Notes under the pieces: generated by a model | The model's database searches: none | What the model was told of the DNA's origin: nothing | The model's input: the letters and a program-made list of their open reading frames with translations, nothing else | Shown: piece by piece, positions 60,601 to 64,000 of the stretch | Numbering within the stretch: position 1 is the stretch's first letter | Layout of the letters: every line of letters starts with the position of its first letter | Assembly (NCBI GenBank): GCA_964016885.1 | Contig: CAXHJY010000928.1 | Coordinates: forward strand, 496,001 to 560,000 | DNA length: 64,000 nt | Source of the DNA: Eledone cirrhosa | Taxonomy: Eukaryota | Direction: 5' to 3' | Position numbers and translations under genes: made by a program

Positions 60601-63600
60601 TGTCATCATTGTATTAGTGATGTTATGAGAGAGACAAGAGAACACTTACTACAATGTCATCATTGTATAGTGGTGTTATGAGAGAGATGTTGAGACAGCA
60701 CTTACTACACTGTTAGCATTGTGTTAGTGATGTTATGAGAGAGACATGAGACAACACTTACTACACTGTCATCATTGTGTTAGTGATGTTATGAGAGAGA
60801 CACAAGAGAACACTTACTACACTGTCATCATTGTGTTAGTGATGTTATGAGAGAGACATGAGACAACACTTACTACACTGTCATCATTGTGTTAGTGATG
60901 TTATGAGAGAGACATGAGACAACACTTACTACACTGTCATCATTGTATTAGTGGTGTTATGAGAGAGGTTGAGACAGCACTTACTACACTGTTAGCATTG
61001 TGTTAGTGATGTTATGAGAGACACAAGAGACAACACTTACTACACTGTCATCATTGTGTTAGTGATGTTTTGAGAGACACAAGATACAACACTTACTACA
61101 CTGTCATCATTGTGTTAGTGATGTTATGGGAGAGACATGAGACAACACTTACTACACTGTCATCATTGTGTTAGTGATGTTATGAGAGAGACATGAGACA
61201 ACACTTACTACACTGTCATCATTGTGATAGTGATGTTATGAGAGAGACACGAGACAACACTTACTACACTGTCATCATTGTGTTAGTGATGTTATGAGAG
61301 AGACATGAGACTACACTTACTACACTGTCATCATTGTTAGTGATGTTATGAGAGACACAAGAGACAACACTTACTACACTGTCATCATTGTGTTAGTGAT
61401 GTTATGAGAGAGACATGAGACTACACTTACTACACAGTCATCATTGTGTTAGTGATGTTATGAGAGACACAAGAGACAACACTTACTACACTGTCATCAT
61501 TGTGTTAGTGATGTTATGAGAGAGATGTTGAGACAGCACTTACTACACTGTCATTGTATTAGTGGTGTTATGAGAGAGACATGAGACAACACTTACTACA
61601 CTGTCATCATTGTATTAGTGGTGTTATGAGAGAGACATGAGACAACACTTACTACACTGTCATCATTGTGTTAGTGATGTTATGAGAGAGACATGAGACA
61701 ACACTTACTACACTGTCATCATTGTATTAGTGATGTTATGGGAGAGACAAGAGACAACACTTACTACACTGTCATCATTGTTAGTGATGTTATGAGAGAC
61801 ACAAGAGACAACACTTACTACACTGTCATCATTGTGTTAGTGATGTTATGAGAGAGACATGAGACAACACTTACTACACTGTCATCATTGTGTTAGTGAT
61901 GTTATGAGAGAGACATGAGACAACACTTACTACACTGTCATCATTGTATTAGTGATGTTATGAGAGAGACAAGAGACAACACTTACTACACTGTCATCAT
62001 TGTGTTAGTGATGTTATGAGAGACACAAGAGACAACACTTACTACGCTGTCATCATTGTGTTAGTGATGTTATGAGAGAGACATGAGACTACACTTACTA
62101 CACTGTCATCATTGTGTTAGTGATGTTATGAGAGAGACATGAGACAACACTTACTACACTGTCATCATTGTGTTAGTGATGTTATGAGAGACACAAGAGA
62201 CAACACTTACTACGCTGTCATCATTGTGTTAGTGATGTTATGAGAGAGACATGAGACTACACTTACTACACTGTCATCATTGTGTTAGTGATGTTATGAG
62301 AGACACAAGAGACAACACTTACTACGCTGTCATCATTGTGTTAGTGATGTTATGAGAGAGACATGAGACTACACTGTCATCATTGTGTTAGTGATGTTAT
62401 GAGAGACACAAGAGACAACACTTACTACGCTGTCATCATTGTGTTAGTGATGTTATGAGAGAGACATGAGACTACACTTACTACACTGTCATCATTGTGT
62501 TAGTGATGTTATGAGAGACACAAGAGACAACACTTACTACGCTGTCATCATTGTGTTAGTGATGTTATGAGAGAGACATGAGACTACACTGTCATCATTG
62601 TGTTAGTGATGTTATGAGAGACACAAGAGACTACACTTACTACACTGTCATCATTGTGTTAGTGATGTTATGAGAGACACAAGAGACAACACTTACTACG
62701 CTGTCATTGTATTAGTGGTGTTATGAGAGAGACATGAGACAACACTTACTACACTGTCATCATCGTGTTAGTGATGTTATGAGAGACACAAGAGACAACA
62801 CTTACTACACTGTCATCATTGTGTTAGTGATGTTTTGAGAGAGACATGAGACAACACTTACTACACTGTCATCATTGTGTTAGTGATGTTATGAGAGAGA
62901 CATGAGACAACACTTACTACACTGTCATCATTGTGTTAGTGATTTTATGAGAGAGACATGAGACAACACTTACTACACTGTCATCATTGTATTAGTGATG
63001 TTATGAGAGAGACAAGAGACAACACTTACTACACTGTCATCATTGTGTTAGTGTTATGAGAGAGATGTTGAGACAGCACTTACTACACTGTCATCATTGT
63101 ATTAGTGGTGTTATGAGAGAGACATGAGACAACACTTACTACACTGTCATCATTGTGTTAGTGATGTTATGAGAGAGACATGAGTCAACACTTACTACAC
63201 TGTCATCATTGTGTTAGTGATGTTATGAGAGACACAAGAGACAACACTTACTACACTGTCATCATTGTTAGTGATGTTATGAGAGACACAAGAGACAACA
63301 CTTACTACACTGTCATCATTGTGTTAGTGATGTTATGAGAGAGACATGAGACAACACTTACTACACTGTCATCATTGTGTTAGTGATGTTATGAGATAGA
63401 CATGAGGCAACACCTACTACACTGTCATCATTGTATTAGTGATGTTATGAGAGAGACAAGAGAACACTTACTACAATGTCATCATTGTATAGTGGTGTTA
63501 TGAGAGAGATGTTGAGACAGCACTTACTACACTGTTAGCATTGTGTTAGTGATGTTATGAGAGAGACATGAGACAACACTTACTACACTGTCATCATTGT

Positions 63601-64000
63601 GTTAGTGATGTTATGAGAGAGACACAAGAGACAACACTTACTACACTGTCATCATTGTGTTAGTGATGTTATGAGAGAGACATGAGACAACACTTACTAC
63701 ACTGTCATCATTGTGTTAGTGATGTTATGAGAGAGACATGAGACAACACTTACTACACTGTCATCATTGTATTAGTGGTGTTATGAGAGAGGTTGAGACA
63801 GCACTTACTACACTGTTAGCATTGTGTTAGTGATGTTATGAGAGACACAAGAGACAACACTTACTACACTGTCATCATTGTGTTAGTGATGTTTTGAGAG
63901 ACACAAGATACAACACTTACTACACTGTCATCATTGTGTTAGTGATGTTATGGGAGAGACATGAGACAACACTTACTACACTGTCATCATTGTGTTAGTG
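54700..64000 (+). repeat. Third HOR subfamily, unit ~2.55 kb with 1,606- and 2,822-bp length variants
   Basis: GATTTTATG marker at 55965, 57571, 60122 and 62944 (spacings 1606, 2551, 2822). GAGATAGAC at 56418, 58024, 60575 and 63397 gives the same spacings. CAACACCTAC, AAGAGAACAC and TGTATAGTGG were seen only here. Confidence 0.87.

Larger units (their letters stand above)
1..64000 (+). repeat. Tandem satellite/minisatellite array, 56-bp monomer, ~1,150 head-to-tail copies, running off both window ends
   Basis: Monomer starts (ACTTACTAC) at 1, 57, 111, 167, 223, 279... and the same unit continues to 64000. Length variants of 47-58 bp arise from small indels. No non-repeat sequence seen. Confidence 0.99.

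Noticed and set aside
1-64000. CRISPR array (regular short period, weak dyad in the repeat)
   Set aside because: There are no unique spacers because the entire 56 bp repeats. No leader or cas genes are present.
1-64000. Repetitive protein-coding ORF
   Set aside because: 56 is not a multiple of 3. The consensus has stops in all three + frames (TAG26, TGA37, TGA48) and all three - frames (TAA21, TGA38, TAG49 of the reverse complement).
1-64000. Rolling-circle or concatemer sequencing artefact, or synthetic construct
   Set aside because: Ordered, shared, hierarchically nested variants indicate evolutionary history rather than random error on one template. Individual large duplicates still need read validation.
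1-64000. Information-storing code or diversity-generating cassette system in the variant order
   Set aside because: The order is explained by nested duplications, deletions and conversion. No recombinase, reverse transcriptase or expression locus is visible.
1-64000. Assignment to a named satellite family, CENP-B box or specific taxon
   Set aside because: I do not recognise the monomer. The consensus lacks the two CpG-containing core elements of a canonical CENP-B box, and a database search is required.

Overview
The whole 64 kb window is one uninterrupted, single-orientation tandem array of a 56-bp monomer, consensus ACTTACTACACTGTCATCATTGTGTTAGTGATGTTATGAGAGAGACATGAGACAAC (37.5% GC, roughly 1,150 copies). 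I saw no unique sequence, gene, RNA gene, transposon insertion or CRISPR spacer. Each consensus monomer has stop codons in all six frames. It most resembles eukaryotic satellite or minisatellite DNA, but I do not recognise the family or organism. The information lies in the order of monomer variants. These define nested higher-order repeats (HORs): 2/3/5-mer motifs, a 52-mer of 2,878 bp, and near-identical blocks at offsets of 3,594, 5,865, 6,301, 6,362, 9,903, 16,818 and 37,126 bp. Variant subfamilies also turn over from left to right. I found no support for a novel gene-based system. Offsets were read by eye from diagnostic variants, and block boundaries are approximate (about one monomer).
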